Shown here: positions 9,857 to 20,626 of the stretch, in pieces
How the letters are laid out: each line of letters opens with the position of its first letter
Numbering within the stretch: position 1 is the first letter of the stretch
DNA from: a bacterium
GTDB lineage: Bacteria > Bacillota_I > Bacilli_A > RFN20 > CAG-826
DNA length: 64,000 nt
Direction of reading: 5' to 3'
Assembly: GCA_963593015.1 (NCBI GenBank)
Contig: CAVAYV010000015.1
Coordinates: 5,976-69,975 of the forward strand
Notes under the pieces: model-generated
Databases searched by the model: none
Told to the model about the DNA's origin: nothing
What the model saw: the letters and a program-made list of their open reading frames with translations, nothing else
Position numbers and translations under genes: made by a program

Positions 9857-12784
9857 CTATTCGCTCCTTAAAGCAATGACGGGGTCTTTTTTCGCGGCGA
9901 TTCGAGCGGGGACTAAGCCTGAAATAAAAGCTAAAGCCACCGCTACGACAACCAAAATCAAGGCATGCCAGGGAGATAAAGATGCAATGGAGTCCAAGCC
10001 ATTTCCAGGATACATCCCATCGATTATCGCGCTGATTGGGAAGCACATAATCCAAGAGAAACCGACCCCTATGATGCCAGCTAATCCGCCGATGATCACG
10101 CATTCTGCCTGGAAAAGTCTTCCAACGTCTTTCTTTCTAGCGCCACACGCTCTCAAAATGCCGATTTCCTTTGTCCTCTCAACCACAGATACATAAGTTA
10201 TAATGCCCGTCATGATTGAGCTAACAACCAAGGAAATGGAAGCGAAAACAATCAAAACAACGCTGATGACTTGAATTAGCACTCCTAAAGATGTTGTAAA
10301 AGTGCTCATAACATCACTATAAGTCACTTGGTCAACGTCAGCTTTGTCACTATTGTAGGCGTCCAAATATTTTGTCAAATCTTCCTTGGTGGTCAAAGAA
10401 GCAGGGAAAATAAGAATAGATGTGATGATGGAAAAATTGTTTTGTAATGCGAGAAAATCTATTAAGCACCAAGAGGTACGAGAAACGTTAGAGATATCGT
10501 TCCAGAAAGACGATGACATCATCTTGGCTAGTAACTTCGCAAGTCCATCGGTGTTGGTAAAACCAGATATTCCAATTTCCGATTCCATCAAATCAGCACC
10601 GACATTCTGGCAATGGGAGAAATAAGAACCATAGTTAGTAAAGCCTGGGGAATAAGAATCGGTCGCTTCGTTATATGTCCCCCAATAATTCCGATAAGTA
10701 AGGCATGAGGCGAGCCCAGAGAAGAAGTTTGTCATAGTCGTAGAAAGGCTGCTAGTATCTTCGCTAGATAAACTATCGCCTCCTTTTAATTTGGCGATGA
10801 TTTCATCAAGTTTCCCTTCTTTGATCGTCTTTTGGACTAATTGATTCAAAAGTTCCAAAGAGTTGCTCTTGCCACTTTCTTTGCTTGAATCGGTAGAATA
10901 ATAAAGCGCGCCTTTGGCAGCTTTCATTAAATTATCATGCGTTTCAATAAGTTTAGCGTCAGTGTCCATTGTGGCACCGTCGTCGGCTAAATAATTCTTC
11001 AACTCAGTGGTGAACCCCAAAGAAGAAGGCATCAAAGAAATGTAGGAATCCTTGCTTGGACGAATGACGCCAACGATTTTAAGTTTCAAAGGATTGTACT
11101 TAGAATCATTGGAATAAACTTCGTTAACACTGAAACCATGCTCAAAATAACCTAGTTTTGCAGTGATTTCCTTTCCTTCAAATTTGAATGTGGATAAATC
11201 AAAATTATTCAAATCCGCGATAGAAGATGGCACATTTGTGGAGATTTCGTAAGTTTGAATCTCTTCTTCTTTGTATTCAACGTTCTTAAAAAGGTCGGAA
11301 TTGCGGTAAACTTTATATGTCTTTCCTTCATTGTTAGAATCTTTATAAACGATATCATCGAAAGAGATGGTTTTCTCTTGGGTGGTCGAGGAAATAATCC
11401 CCAAAGACACCAAAGTGGATTTTTCGACGCGGTTATAACGATCGGTAATCAAAACAATTTCATCCTTACTTTGAGGCATTCTCCCAGCAATGCAATCATA
11501 GCTTTTGCTGGTTTCTTCGTTTGAACCATAAAGCTCATGGAATATCGTTGAAGGTAATCCGGTGACGCTTCCGACAGCGTTAGAGACCGTGCCAGCGCTC
11601 TTATATTGATTGATGGACATTGCATTCCCTGACCCATCAGGATTGGAAGTCATAAGATTAAAGGAAAGGTTTTGGCGATTATAAAGAATAGAGGAGGCCC
11701 AGCCTTTATCGACAGCTTTTTCGATATAAGAAATATAATCCGCGGTAAAACGATTTTGATGGATTGTGCTTGTTTCCGAAGAGGAATCATAAATTTTCAC
11801 TTCTTGGTCGTCTGGAAATTGCTCATAAGAATCATTAGAAAGTTTGTAGGTATAGGTAACCGGGGTAATTGAAATCGGAACCGCTCCCGCTACGGAAGAT
11901 TCGACTTTGCTAACGTAATTGCTGAAACCATTGGAGACGGCCAAAACCAAGGCGACGCCAATGATGCCGATGGAAGAAGCGATCGCTGTCAAGATAGTTC
12001 TTGTTCTTTTGGTTCTGATGTTGCTGAAAGATGATTTTAAGGCGGTCAAAAAACTCATTGAGGTTTTTTTATTGGTCTCTTTGCCTATGTTTTCGCCTTT
12101 TTCTATTTCGACTGGGTTACTGTCACCAATAACAACTCCATCTTTCATTTGAATGATGCGATCAGAATATTCTTTGGCCAAATCCTCATTGTGGGTGACC
12201 ATGATGACCAAGCGGGTCTCACTGACTTCTTTCAATAAATCCATCACTTGTTTGGAGGTAACGCTATCAAGGGCGCCTGTTGGCTCGTCGGCTAAAATAA
12301 TCTTTGGATTATTAACTAGCGCTCTAGCTAAGGCAACGCGTTGCATTTGGCCACCTGAAAGCTGATTAGGCTTTTTCTTTTCGGCGCCTTCCAATCCGAC
12401 TTTTTTCAAAGCCTCGCTCGCTCTTTTGATTCTTTCATTTCTAGAGACGCCGTTAAGCATCAAACCGGTTTCAACGTTCGATAAAACACTTTGGTGAGGA
12501 ATCAAATTGTAAGATTGGAAAACAAAGCCCACCCTTTCGTTACGATAAGCATCCCAATCCGCATCGGAAAAACTCTTCGTTGATTTTTTGTCGATCAATA
12601 AATCGCCAGAGCTATAATGATCTAAGCCCCCGATAATATTTAGCATCGTTGTCTTCCCGCATCCACTAGGGCCGAGAACGGAAACAAAGCCTTTATCCCC
12701 AAAAGCAAGGCTGATGTCTTTTAAGGCAGGAAAAGGCTTCTTGTCAACAAAGTAATCTTTTTTGATATTAATAAGTTCTAACAC
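9857..12784 (-). CDS. Fused ABC transporter ATP-binding/permease protein, MacB-like FtsX type with a large extracytoplasmic domain
   Basis: 975 aa. The N-terminus carries Walker A (GPSGCGKTT), an ABC signature (LSGGQMQRVALARAL) and Walker B (ILADEPTGALD). A roughly 500-aa extracytoplasmic domain follows, then a C-terminal FtsX-like four-helix permease. It has a GTG start and no SD. Confidence 0.8.
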   Translation of the reverse strand: MLELINIKKDYFVDKKPFPALKDISLAFGDKGFVSVLGPSGCGKTTMLNIIGGLDHYSSGDLLIDKKSTKSFSDADWDAYRNERVGFVFQSYNLIPHQSVLSNVETGLMLNGVSRNERIKRASEALKKVGLEGAEKKKPNQLSGGQMQRVALARALVNNPKIILADEPTGALDSVTSKQVMDLLKEVSETRLVIMVTHNEDLAKEYSDRIIQMKDGVVIGDSNPVEIEKGENIGKETNKKTSMSFLTALKSSFSNIRTKRTRTILTAIASSIGIIGVALVLAVSNGFSNYVSKVESSVAGAVPISITPVTYTYKLSNDSYEQFPDDQEVKIYDSSSETSTIHQNRFTADYISYIEKAVDKGWASSILYNRQNLSFNLMTSNPDGSGNAMSINQYKSAGTVSNAVGSVTGLPSTIFHELYGSNEETSKSYDCIAGRMPQSKDEIVLITDRYNRVEKSTLVSLGIISSTTQEKTISFDDIVYKDSNNEGKTYKVYRNSDLFKNVEYKEEEIQTYEISTNVPSSIADLNNFDLSTFKFEGKEITAKLGYFEHGFSVNEVYSNDSKYNPLKLKIVGVIRPSKDSYISLMPSSLGFTTELKNYLADDGATMDTDAKLIETHDNLMKAAKGALYYSTDSSKESGKSNSLELLNQLVQKTIKEGKLDEIIAKLKGGDSLSSEDTSSLSTTMTNFFSGLASCLTYRNYWGTYNEATDSYSPGFTNYGSYFSHCQNVGADLMESEIGISGFTNTDGLAKLLAKMMSSSFWNDISNVSRTSWCLIDFLALQNNFSIITSILIFPASLTTKEDLTKYLDAYNSDKADVDQVTYSDVMSTFTTSLGVLIQVISVVLIVFASISLVVSSIMTGIITYVSVVERTKEIGILRACGARKKDVGRLFQAECVIIGGLAGIIGVGFSWIMCFPISAIIDGMYPGNGLDSIASLSPWHALILVVVAVALAFISGLVPARIAAKKDPVIALRSE

Positions 12785-12864
12785 AAAAAAAGTGTATCAC
12801 AAAAGTCACTGATTATCGAATGAAAAAAGAATTTTTCATACATTATACAAATGTTCAATTTTGA

Positions 12865-13323
12865 CTACCTTCTTTTGCTTTTGAAATATTGTTTTAGTAA
12901 CGTTTCAGCATCTTCTTTCAAAACATCTCGATAAATAAGGATTTCCGAATCTTTACCAATCTTATCAAAAACAAAATAGTTACTAGTTACCGCCCCCTCT
13001 TCTTTGTCAGAAGCGCCATAATAAAGCGATTTAATGCGCGCTTGTTTTATCGCCCCGGCGCACATTAAGCACGGTTCCAAAGTAACGAACATCGAAGCGT
13101 TTTCCAAAGTCCATTTCCCCAAAGATTGCTCCGCTTCGAGAATCGCTTCGATTTCTGCATGGGAATAAATCGCATTTTTCTTTTCGCGATGATTATGTCC
13201 TCTACCGATGATTTCGCCATCCAAAACAACAATGGCGCCGACAGGGACTTCATCTTCTTTATAAGCTTTATTCGCTTCTTCCAAAGCCAAGCGCATGTAA
13301 TCTTTGATTTTTGTTTCTTCCAT
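12865..13323 (-). CDS. tadA: tRNA-specific adenosine deaminase
   Basis: 152 aa with the zinc-binding deaminase motifs HAEIEAI and TLEPCLMCAGAI. Confidence 0.8.
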   Translation of the reverse strand: MEETKIKDYMRLALEEANKAYKEDEVPVGAIVVLDGEIIGRGHNHREKKNAIYSHAEIEAILEAEQSLGKWTLENASMFVTLEPCLMCAGAIKQARIKSLYYGASDKEEGAVTSNYFVFDKIGKDSEILIYRDVLKEDAETLLKQYFKSKRR

Positions 13324-13349
13324 AGATTTATTTTAATTAAAAGCCATAA

Positions 13350-13437
13350 AGAAAACCACCGCACAGGAGGATTTGATTTAAGGCTGCTACATTCCTGTCC
13401 TGACCTGGTTCGTCAATTCGACCTCGCGATGGCGTTC
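13350..13437 (-). ncRNA. ffs: Small SRP RNA (4.5S / scRNA-like)
   Basis: The minus strand reads …CCAGGTCAGGACAGGAATGTAGCAGCC…, matching the universally conserved SRP RNA domain IV (E. coli CCAGGUCAGGUCCGGAAGGAAGCAGCC) with a GGAA tetraloop on an ACA/UGU stem. The 5' end (GCCATCGCGAGG) and 3' end (CCTCCTGTGCGGTGG) pair to close the molecule. A TATAAT lies just upstream on the minus strand. Confidence 0.75.
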
Positions 13438-13453
13438 TTATTATACTAGATTT

Positions 13454-14740
13454 TTATTTTTTCTCGATAGGTTTTAATACGGAAATTCCACCCATGAACG
13501 GACGAAGAACCTCTGGGATGATGACAGAGCCGTCAGCTTGTTGGTTTTGTTCGAGCAAAGCTGGGAAAACACGTGATGTCGCTAAGCCAGAACCGTTCAA
13601 TGTGTGGCAGAAATGCATCTTGCCATCATGGTCCTTATATCTAATCATGCCGCGTCTAGCTTGATAATCACGGGCATTAGAAACGGAGGAGACTTCCTTA
13701 TAGATGTGCATAGAAGGAATCCAAACTTCGATATCATAGGTTCTTGCCATCGAATGAGAGCAATCGCCGGCGGCTAATTTATCCAATTGATAGCAAAGTC
13801 CTAAGCCTTCAAGGAGACGCTTGGCTTTTTCGACCAATTCGTCAAAAGCTTTGTCGGAGCCATCGTCGGTCGTGTATTGAACCATTTCAACTTTATCGAA
13901 TTGGTAGCCACGAATCATGCCTCTTTCTTCAGTGCGGTAAGAGCCTGCCTCTTTGCGATAGCATGGGGTATAAGCAAAATATTTCTTTGGAAGATCATCG
14001 ATAGACAAAACTTCATTACGGTGCAAATTCACAAGCGCGGTTTCAGCGGTTGGAAGGATGAATTTCTTTGGTTCGGAGCCTTCGAGCCAGAAGACATCCT
14101 CTTTGAATTTTGGGAATTGGCCGGCTGTATAGCCTGAATCTTCGTTCAGAATATGCGGAGGGAGAATCATTGTATAGCCATCACCAATATGGGTGCTGAC
14201 GAAATAATTAAGCAAAGCCCATTCTAGTTGAGCGCCTAAACCAGTGTAAATCCAAGTGCCGGAACCAGAGATTTTTGCCGCTCTCTTATAGTCGATCAAG
14301 CCTAAGGATTCCGCTAATTCGACATGATCTTTCGGGGTGAAGCCATCAAATGTCGGCTCTTTGCCAAAATGATAGACTGGGTGGTTGTTTTCCTTTCCGC
14401 CAGAAGCTAAATCAGGGTCAGGCATATTTGGGAGAACTTCGATTTGAGATTTGATATCCGCCTCAACTTTAGCAAGTTCATCTTCTTTGTCTTTATTCAC
14501 TTTGGCGAGTTCTTTGACTTTCGCGAAAATGCTTTGGACATCACCTCCGGCTTTCTTAACGGCCGGAACTTCTTTCGAAAGCTTGTTTTGCTCAGCTTTG
14601 TTGGATTCGACATCCTTTAAAAGAGCTCTTCTTTTTTGGAAAAGGGCAAGCAAGGGGGCAGGATCAAAGTCCCATCCTTTTTTGGCTAAAGCCTCTTTCA
14701 CAAATTCTGGCTTTTCTTCGATTAACTTAGCATCGATCAT
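13454..14740 (-). CDS. serS: Serine--tRNA ligase
   Basis: 428 aa with an N-terminal coiled-coil arm and class II synthetase motifs (…GAGLIGSGTWIYTGLGAQLEWALLNYF…). Confidence 0.9.
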   Translation of the reverse strand: MIDAKLIEEKPEFVKEALAKKGWDFDPAPLLALFQKRRALLKDVESNKAEQNKLSKEVPAVKKAGGDVQSIFAKVKELAKVNKDKEDELAKVEADIKSQIEVLPNMPDPDLASGGKENNHPVYHFGKEPTFDGFTPKDHVELAESLGLIDYKRAAKISGSGTWIYTGLGAQLEWALLNYFVSTHIGDGYTMILPPHILNEDSGYTAGQFPKFKEDVFWLEGSEPKKFILPTAETALVNLHRNEVLSIDDLPKKYFAYTPCYRKEAGSYRTEERGMIRGYQFDKVEMVQYTTDDGSDKAFDELVEKAKRLLEGLGLCYQLDKLAAGDCSHSMARTYDIEVWIPSMHIYKEVSSVSNARDYQARRGMIRYKDHDGKMHFCHTLNGSGLATSRVFPALLEQNQQADGSVIIPEVLRPFMGGISVLKPIEKK

Positions 14741-15750
14741 TGTTTGTTTCCTCCTAATGGATTTAAAACTTTCTCATAAGTGAGCATTAATTTCTCACCA
14801 AGATTCTTCAGCGAATTCTTTTTGGCGAACTCGTACGCCTCGATTATAGTAGCATTGCTTGGCTTTTGGCACTCTTTGGTAAATGTTTCGTTTAATTTAT
14901 CGATGTTTTCAAACACAAAGCCGGTTTGTCCATCGATAGACAAATTGCCAAATCTAAGATTTCGCCATTCATAGACTGGGATTTTGGCACTCATCGCTTC
15001 AAGAGTCGCCATGTGGTTAGGCAAATCCCCAAGGCTCAAATAACCGCTTGCGCCACTTAAGGCGCTTCTATACAAATCATCATTTAATAGATATAAGAAG
15101 GTGATATTCTGACCATATTGTTTCGAAAGTCTCTTGGAATCTCTAGGTGACAATTTTCCTTTTGAATTGCTTCCGACAAAGAAAAACCTGATTTTAGAAT
15201 TAGCTTTTGCAAGATGTCCTAAACGTTTCAATCCTTCAAAATCCTGGTAATCCCCACTTGAAATGAAGTATTTTTCGTTTGTTGAGATTCTAGCATATCG
15301 CGAGAACACGTTTTTTTCTAATTCATCGACAAGCTGAAACCTCGTTAAATTTATCCCAGGAGTCATAATTTCAATTGGGGCTTTTGCCCCTAAAGAAGAC
15401 AAATATTCTTTGGCTTCCTCGCTTGGCACAATGATTAGATCGGAACCCATCAAAGTTAAAGCGCCTAATCTTGTTAAGATAAAGCCATCCTTGTCTTTTT
15501 CAAGGAATTTAGCATCGTAGTCATGGGGAGCAAAGAAGGGAGAGGCAACGATTTTGACATCATTGCTACGGCAGTCGAATATTTGATTGTCTTTCAACGA
15601 ACATATAGTGTGAAAGATGTCAGGGCTTGCCAAAAACGAGGTTACGTATTCGATGTTATTGAGCTCGAGGGCGCCTTTAAGATTTTTTCTTAATCTGATG
15701 CCTTCGAACGGCACATCTCTTTTTTGGTCAAAATAGATAAACGGTCTCAT
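14737..15750 (-). CDS. Glycosyltransferase, GT4-like (family 1 fold)
   Basis: 337 aa. The C-terminal region (…ATLEAMSAKIPVYEW…) resembles the GT1/GT4 sugar-donor binding region. It has 4-bp overlaps with serS and sits immediately after gyrA. Confidence 0.4.
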   Translation of the reverse strand: MRPFIYFDQKRDVPFEGIRLRKNLKGALELNNIEYVTSFLASPDIFHTICSLKDNQIFDCRSNDVKIVASPFFAPHDYDAKFLEKDKDGFILTRLGALTLMGSDLIIVPSEEAKEYLSSLGAKAPIEIMTPGINLTRFQLVDELEKNVFSRYARISTNEKYFISSGDYQDFEGLKRLGHLAKANSKIRFFFVGSNSKGKLSPRDSKRLSKQYGQNITFLYLLNDDLYRSALSGASGYLSLGDLPNHMATLEAMSAKIPVYEWRNLRFGNLSIDGQTGFVFENIDKLNETFTKECQKPSNATIIEAYEFAKKNSLKNLGEKLMLTYEKVLNPLGGNKQ

Positions 15751-15752
15751 TT

Positions 15753-18524
15753 TTATAAATCGGAATCATCATCTTTCGAAGAAGATTCAATATCAGCATC
15801 CAAATCATCAGGGGTGACAACTTTTTCGCTAGTTTCTTCGCTAGCGACCAAAGCTGGATTAATACTTTCTTCTTCGCTAGAGGCTTCGATGGTTTCGCTA
15901 TCCTCACTGTCGCTATCTTCAGCGTGAGGCAAAATAGCGATAGAAGCGACATATTGGCCCTTATCCAAAGACAAGATCTTGACGCCTTGGGTGTTACGAG
16001 CGGCAATCTTGATTTGGGAAATCGGCATTCGAATGACGATGCCTTTGTTGGTGACAACCATCAAATCTTCATTGCCTTTGACAGCCTTCATTGCATAGAG
16101 TTCTCCACCTTTTTCCGTGAGTTTCAAGCTAATGACGCCTTTGGCCCCTCTGGAAGTTAGACGGTAGCCATCATAATGACGGATCGATCCATCTTCTTGA
16201 GTGATGTCAGTATCGGCGGCATAAGACATCTTTCCTTGCCCGTTTTTCGATAAAACGAGAATTCTATCCCCTTCCAAGGAGGAAGTAATGCCGACAATCT
16301 GGCTTCCATCATCAAGATTCATGCCTCTGACGCCGGCGGCATCTCGGCCCATCGCACGAACTTCGGATTCGTAGAAGCTACAAACTTTGCCGTTATTGGA
16401 AGCAAGGGATACGATGCAATTGCCATCGGTGCGTTTGACGTCTAAGAGAACATCGTCGTCTTTTAAGCCTAACGCGCGTTTGCCGTTACTATGAATCGAT
16501 TCAAATAATTTCAAGGAAACGCGTTTGACAACGCCGTTTCTTGTGCAGAAGAATAAATAATTATCTTCTGGGTAATCATCACAAGGAACGATTGCCACGA
16601 TTTTTTCATCTTGGTCGAGATTCAGTAAATTGATGGCAGGAATCCCTTTTCCATCCCTTGCCGCATCAGGAATTTGATATCCACGCAAACGATAGACGGT
16701 TCCATAGCTTGAGAAGAACAAGATATCGGTATGAGTGTGGGCATAAACGGTTAAAGCAACGTGATCGTTGTTGCTTGTGGTGATACCCTTGACGCCGCGT
16801 CCACCTCTATTTTGAGTGCGGAATGTGTCTTCACCCATACGCTTGATGTATCCGTTTTTGGTAAGAAGGACAACGATATTTTCTTTTGGAAGAAGGTCCT
16901 CATTATCGATGTTGGCGGCTTCATCAGAGATGTCGGTAAGACGCTTGTCGCCAAAACGGGCTTTGATTTCCTCTAATTCTTTTATCATTAAATCAACGAT
17001 ATTGTCACGGCTTGATAAAAGACGATTATATTCAGCGATGTTCGCCTGTAATGTGGTGTGTTCGGCTTGGAGTTTGTCTTGCTCCATGCCTTGGAGTTTA
17101 CGAAGGGTCATAGAAAGAATGGCTTGGATTTGAGGATCGGAGAAGCCAAAAGCCTCATTCAAGCGTTTGCTCGATTCTTCATCGGTTTTGGAGTCGCGAA
17201 TGATATGAATGACTTCATCGATGTTATCGTGAGCGGTGATTAAACCGGTGACGATATGATCACGTGCGCTATCACGGGTCAAACGGTAATTGGTTCTGCG
17301 GGTCAAAACATTGACTTGGAAATCGACGTAATTAGTCAACAAGTCGGTAATCGGAAGTACTTTCGGAGCCCCGTCAACCAAACAAAGATTGATGATGCCA
17401 AAATTAATCTGAAGTTGGGTGTGCTTTAGAAGGTTGTTGGCAACAACTTCTGGGACAGCGTCACGTCTGACTTCGATAACGACTCTGATGCCTTCTTTGT
17501 TTGATTCATCGCGAATATCCGTTATGCCATCAAGCACCTTATCACGCACTAAGCCAGCCATCGCGCTGATCATCGCGCTCTTATTGACTTGATAAGGGAT
17601 TTCCGTGACGATGATACGGGATTTGCCGTTCGTTTGCTCTTCGATATGATACTTAGAGCGAATGGTCACGGTTCCGGTTCCGGTTTCGTAAGCCTCAAGG
17701 ATTCCTTGACGGCCTAAAATAGTGCCTCCGGTAGGGAAATCCGGGCCATGCAAATAGTTTTGCATGATCTCAAGAGGGGTCAAACTTGGGTTCTTAGAAA
17801 TAGCGATAACGGCGTTTATGGCTTCGGTAAGGTTATGCGGAGCCATATTGGTGGCCATGCCAACGGCGATACCTTCAGACCCATTAACGATCAAATTCGG
17901 GAAACGACTCGGGAGGACGGCTGGTTCTTTTTCCGTGCCATCATAGTTATCCACGAAATCAACGGTGTTCTCATTGATGTCGCGAACCATTTCGACCGAA
18001 AGTTTGTTCATTCTCGCTTCGGTATAACGCATAGCCGCGGCTTCATCGCCGTCGACGTCACCGAAGTTGCCATGGCCGTCGACTAAGGTATAACGCATGG
18101 AGAATGGCTGAGCCATACGAACTAGAGTTCCATACAAAGCGGCATCGCCATGTGGGTGATACTTACCCATGACGTCACCGACAATACGGGCACTCTTTTT
18201 ATAGGGCTTGCCTGGTTGCATGCCGCTTTCGTCCATGCCATAGATAATACGACGTTGGACAGGTTTCAAACCGTCTCTAACATCTGGAATGGCGCGAGAG
18301 ACGATGACTGACATCGAGTAGCTAAGGAAGGCGGTTTCGACTTCGCTTGTGACTTCGCGGTCCACTAAGCCTGGAACAATTCCAGCTGTAGCGGAGGTGT
18401 CAACTTTATCGTGGTAGCGACTATCAACGGCAGACATTATCTCTTCATCATTGTCATTGCTAGTTTCTTTTTCTTTGATTTCATCTTCTTTGATTTCGTC
18501 AATTTTCTTTTCTTCGTTATCCAT
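15753..18524 (-). CDS. gyrA: DNA gyrase subunit A
   Basis: 923 aa with [23 protein letters not shown], an active-site Tyr region, and an acidic C-terminal tail. Confidence 0.95.
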   Translation of the reverse strand: MDNEEKKIDEIKEDEIKEKETSNDNDEEIMSAVDSRYHDKVDTSATAGIVPGLVDREVTSEVETAFLSYSMSVIVSRAIPDVRDGLKPVQRRIIYGMDESGMQPGKPYKKSARIVGDVMGKYHPHGDAALYGTLVRMAQPFSMRYTLVDGHGNFGDVDGDEAAAMRYTEARMNKLSVEMVRDINENTVDFVDNYDGTEKEPAVLPSRFPNLIVNGSEGIAVGMATNMAPHNLTEAINAVIAISKNPSLTPLEIMQNYLHGPDFPTGGTILGRQGILEAYETGTGTVTIRSKYHIEEQTNGKSRIIVTEIPYQVNKSAMISAMAGLVRDKVLDGITDIRDESNKEGIRVVIEVRRDAVPEVVANNLLKHTQLQINFGIINLCLVDGAPKVLPITDLLTNYVDFQVNVLTRRTNYRLTRDSARDHIVTGLITAHDNIDEVIHIIRDSKTDEESSKRLNEAFGFSDPQIQAILSMTLRKLQGMEQDKLQAEHTTLQANIAEYNRLLSSRDNIVDLMIKELEEIKARFGDKRLTDISDEAANIDNEDLLPKENIVVLLTKNGYIKRMGEDTFRTQNRGGRGVKGITTSNNDHVALTVYAHTHTDILFFSSYGTVYRLRGYQIPDAARDGKGIPAINLLNLDQDEKIVAIVPCDDYPEDNYLFFCTRNGVVKRVSLKLFESIHSNGKRALGLKDDDVLLDVKRTDGNCIVSLASNNGKVCSFYESEVRAMGRDAAGVRGMNLDDGSQIVGITSSLEGDRILVLSKNGQGKMSYAADTDITQEDGSIRHYDGYRLTSRGAKGVISLKLTEKGGELYAMKAVKGNEDLMVVTNKGIVIRMPISQIKIAARNTQGVKILSLDKGQYVASIAILPHAEDSDSEDSETIEASSEEESINPALVASEETSEKVVTPDDLDADIESSSKDDDSDL

Positions 18525-18544
18525 GTCTTTGCCTCCTTATCCGA

Positions 18545-20626
18545 TTAAATATCAAGGTTTTGCACGAATTTTGCATTCTCTTCGATGAATTTCTTGCGTG
18601 GTAACACGTCATCACCCATAAGCTCTGAGAAAGCTCTTTCGGCATTCGCGGCATCATCGACGGTGATACGAATCATCTTACGAACTTTCGGATCCATTGT
18701 GGTTTCCCAAAGCTGTTGGGCGTCCATTTCACCAAGTCCTTTATAGCGTTGGAAGGGGTAGCCAGACTTTAGTTGAAGTTTCTTTTTAAGGACTTCGAGC
18801 TGTTCATCGTTATAGGCGTAGTAGGCTTGCCCTTTATAATCGATTTTATAAAGTGGCGGCTGAGCAATATAAACATACCCGCCATCAATCAACGGGCGCA
18901 TAAAGCGATAGAAGAAGGTCAATAACAAGATTCTGATATGGTCGCCATCAACATCAGCATCGGTCATGATGACGATTTTGTGATAACGAATTTTGGAGAC
19001 ATCAAAGTTTTCTCTGATGCCGCCGCCAATCGCGGTGATCATATTTCCGATTTCGGCGTTTTTGAAAATCCTTTCTTCTCTGGCTTTTTCGACATTAAGA
19101 ATCTTACCTCTTAACGGAAGAATGGCTTGAGTCTCACGGTCACGGCCATTTTTCGCCGAGCCGCCTGCGGAATTACCCTCAACGATATAAAGTTCGCAGA
19201 TATTAGGATCTTTGCTGGAACAATCCGCCAATTTCCCTGGAAGCGTGGTGATATCAAGAGGAGATTTTCTCGTCTTCTCACGAGCAACTTGAGCCGCCAA
19301 ACGGGAACGAGATGCGATTTTGACTTTTTCCAAGATCAATTTGGCTTGCTCAGGATGCTCTAAAAGATATTCTTTGAATTGTTGGCCGACGACCGTTGAA
19401 ACAATTTTACGGACTTCGCTATTTCCGAGTTTTGTCTTTGTTTGCCCTTCATATTGTGGGTTAGGATGTTTGATTGAGATGACGCAGGTCAAGCCTTCGC
19501 GGCAATCATCGGTAGTGAAATTAGGATCTTTCTCATCAAGGAATTTGAATTGGCGGGCGTAATCATTGATTGTGCGATTCAAAGCAAGATTAAACCCTTC
19601 CACATGAGTTCCGCCTTCCTTGGTGGAAATATTGTTACAGAAGGAATAAACGCCATCATTGTTATAAGAATCGCTCCACTGCATAGCCACCTCGGCGTAG
19701 ATTCTTTCACTCGTGCCATCGCTGAAAGTAACTTCTTCGGCGCCCTGAGAATAAATGACTTCATTATTGATTGGGAGTTTCGCGCTATTGATGAAGGTAA
19801 CATATTCTTTGATACCGCCATCATAGCAAAAAACTTCGCTCACGGGCGTTTCTTGACGTAAATCGGTTAAGGTGATTTTGACCCCGCCGTTCAAGAAAGC
19901 CATTTGACGCAAATGGTTTTTGATGGTCTCGTAATTATAATGCGTGGTTTCGGTGAAGATTGTCGGATCAGGAAGGAAGGTTACGCTGGTCCCGTGCTCA
20001 TCCTCTTTGCAGGAATCGATTTTCGTTAAATGTTGGACGATATGTCCGCCGTTTTCAAAACGGACTTTGTAAATGCCGCCGTTTTTATGGACGATGACTT
20101 CGCACCAGCTTGATAAAGCGTTGACGACTGAGGCGCCGACGCCGTGCAAGCCGCCAGAAACCTTATATCCGCCGCCTTCGCCAAACTTACCGCCTGCGTG
20201 AAGAATCGTATAAGCGGTTTCGACGCCAGACAAACCGGATTTCTTGACGATATCAACAGGGATGCCACGTCCGTTGTCGGTGACGGTAATGGACTCATCT
20301 TGATTCACAAACACCTCAATGTGAGTACAATAGCCAGCCAAAGCTTCATCAATGGAGTTATCGACGATTTCCCAGACAAGGTGATGCAACCCCGCTCCTG
20401 CGGTAGTTCCAATGTACATGCCAGGGCGTTTTCTGACCGCTTCAAGGCCTTCAAGGACCTGAATGTTGTCGGCGGTGTATTTGGCGTCCGCTTTTTCTAG
20501 GCCTTTTTCGTTTTCGACATCAAGAGCGGTGTAAGTGTTTTTTTCTTCCTCTTTCATCGATGCTTCGCTGATGCCGGCGTCTTTGGCGGCTTCATCAAAC
20601 GACGATTTCTTTTCTTCATTTTCCAT
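18545..20626 (-). CDS. gyrB: DNA gyrase subunit B
   Basis: [29 protein letters not shown] and a Toprim region. The start is taken as the ATG at 20626, preceded by AGGAGG (MENEEKK…) rather than the ORF-track start at 20677. It overlaps the recF stop. Confidence 0.95.
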   Translation of the reverse strand: MENEEKKSSFDEAAKDAGISEASMKEEEKNTYTALDVENEKGLEKADAKYTADNIQVLEGLEAVRKRPGMYIGTTAGAGLHHLVWEIVDNSIDEALAGYCTHIEVFVNQDESITVTDNGRGIPVDIVKKSGLSGVETAYTILHAGGKFGEGGGYKVSGGLHGVGASVVNALSSWCEVIVHKNGGIYKVRFENGGHIVQHLTKIDSCKEDEHGTSVTFLPDPTIFTETTHYNYETIKNHLRQMAFLNGGVKITLTDLRQETPVSEVFCYDGGIKEYVTFINSAKLPINNEVIYSQGAEEVTFSDGTSERIYAEVAMQWSDSYNNDGVYSFCNNISTKEGGTHVEGFNLALNRTINDYARQFKFLDEKDPNFTTDDCREGLTCVISIKHPNPQYEGQTKTKLGNSEVRKIVSTVVGQQFKEYLLEHPEQAKLILEKVKIASRSRLAAQVAREKTRKSPLDITTLPGKLADCSSKDPNICELYIVEGNSAGGSAKNGRDRETQAILPLRGKILNVEKAREERIFKNAEIGNMITAIGGGIRENFDVSKIRYHKIVIMTDADVDGDHIRILLLTFFYRFMRPLIDGGYVYIAQPPLYKIDYKGQAYYAYNDEQLEVLKKKLQLKSGYPFQRYKGLGEMDAQQLWETTMDPKVRKMIRITVDDAANAERAFSELMGDDVLPRKKFIEENAKFVQNLDI

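Noticed and set aside
13400-13425. GGTTCGTCAATTCGACC looks like a tRNA T-arm (GGTTCGAATCC)
   Set aside because: There is no acceptor, D or anticodon arm around it. The segment is part of the minus-strand SRP RNA helix.
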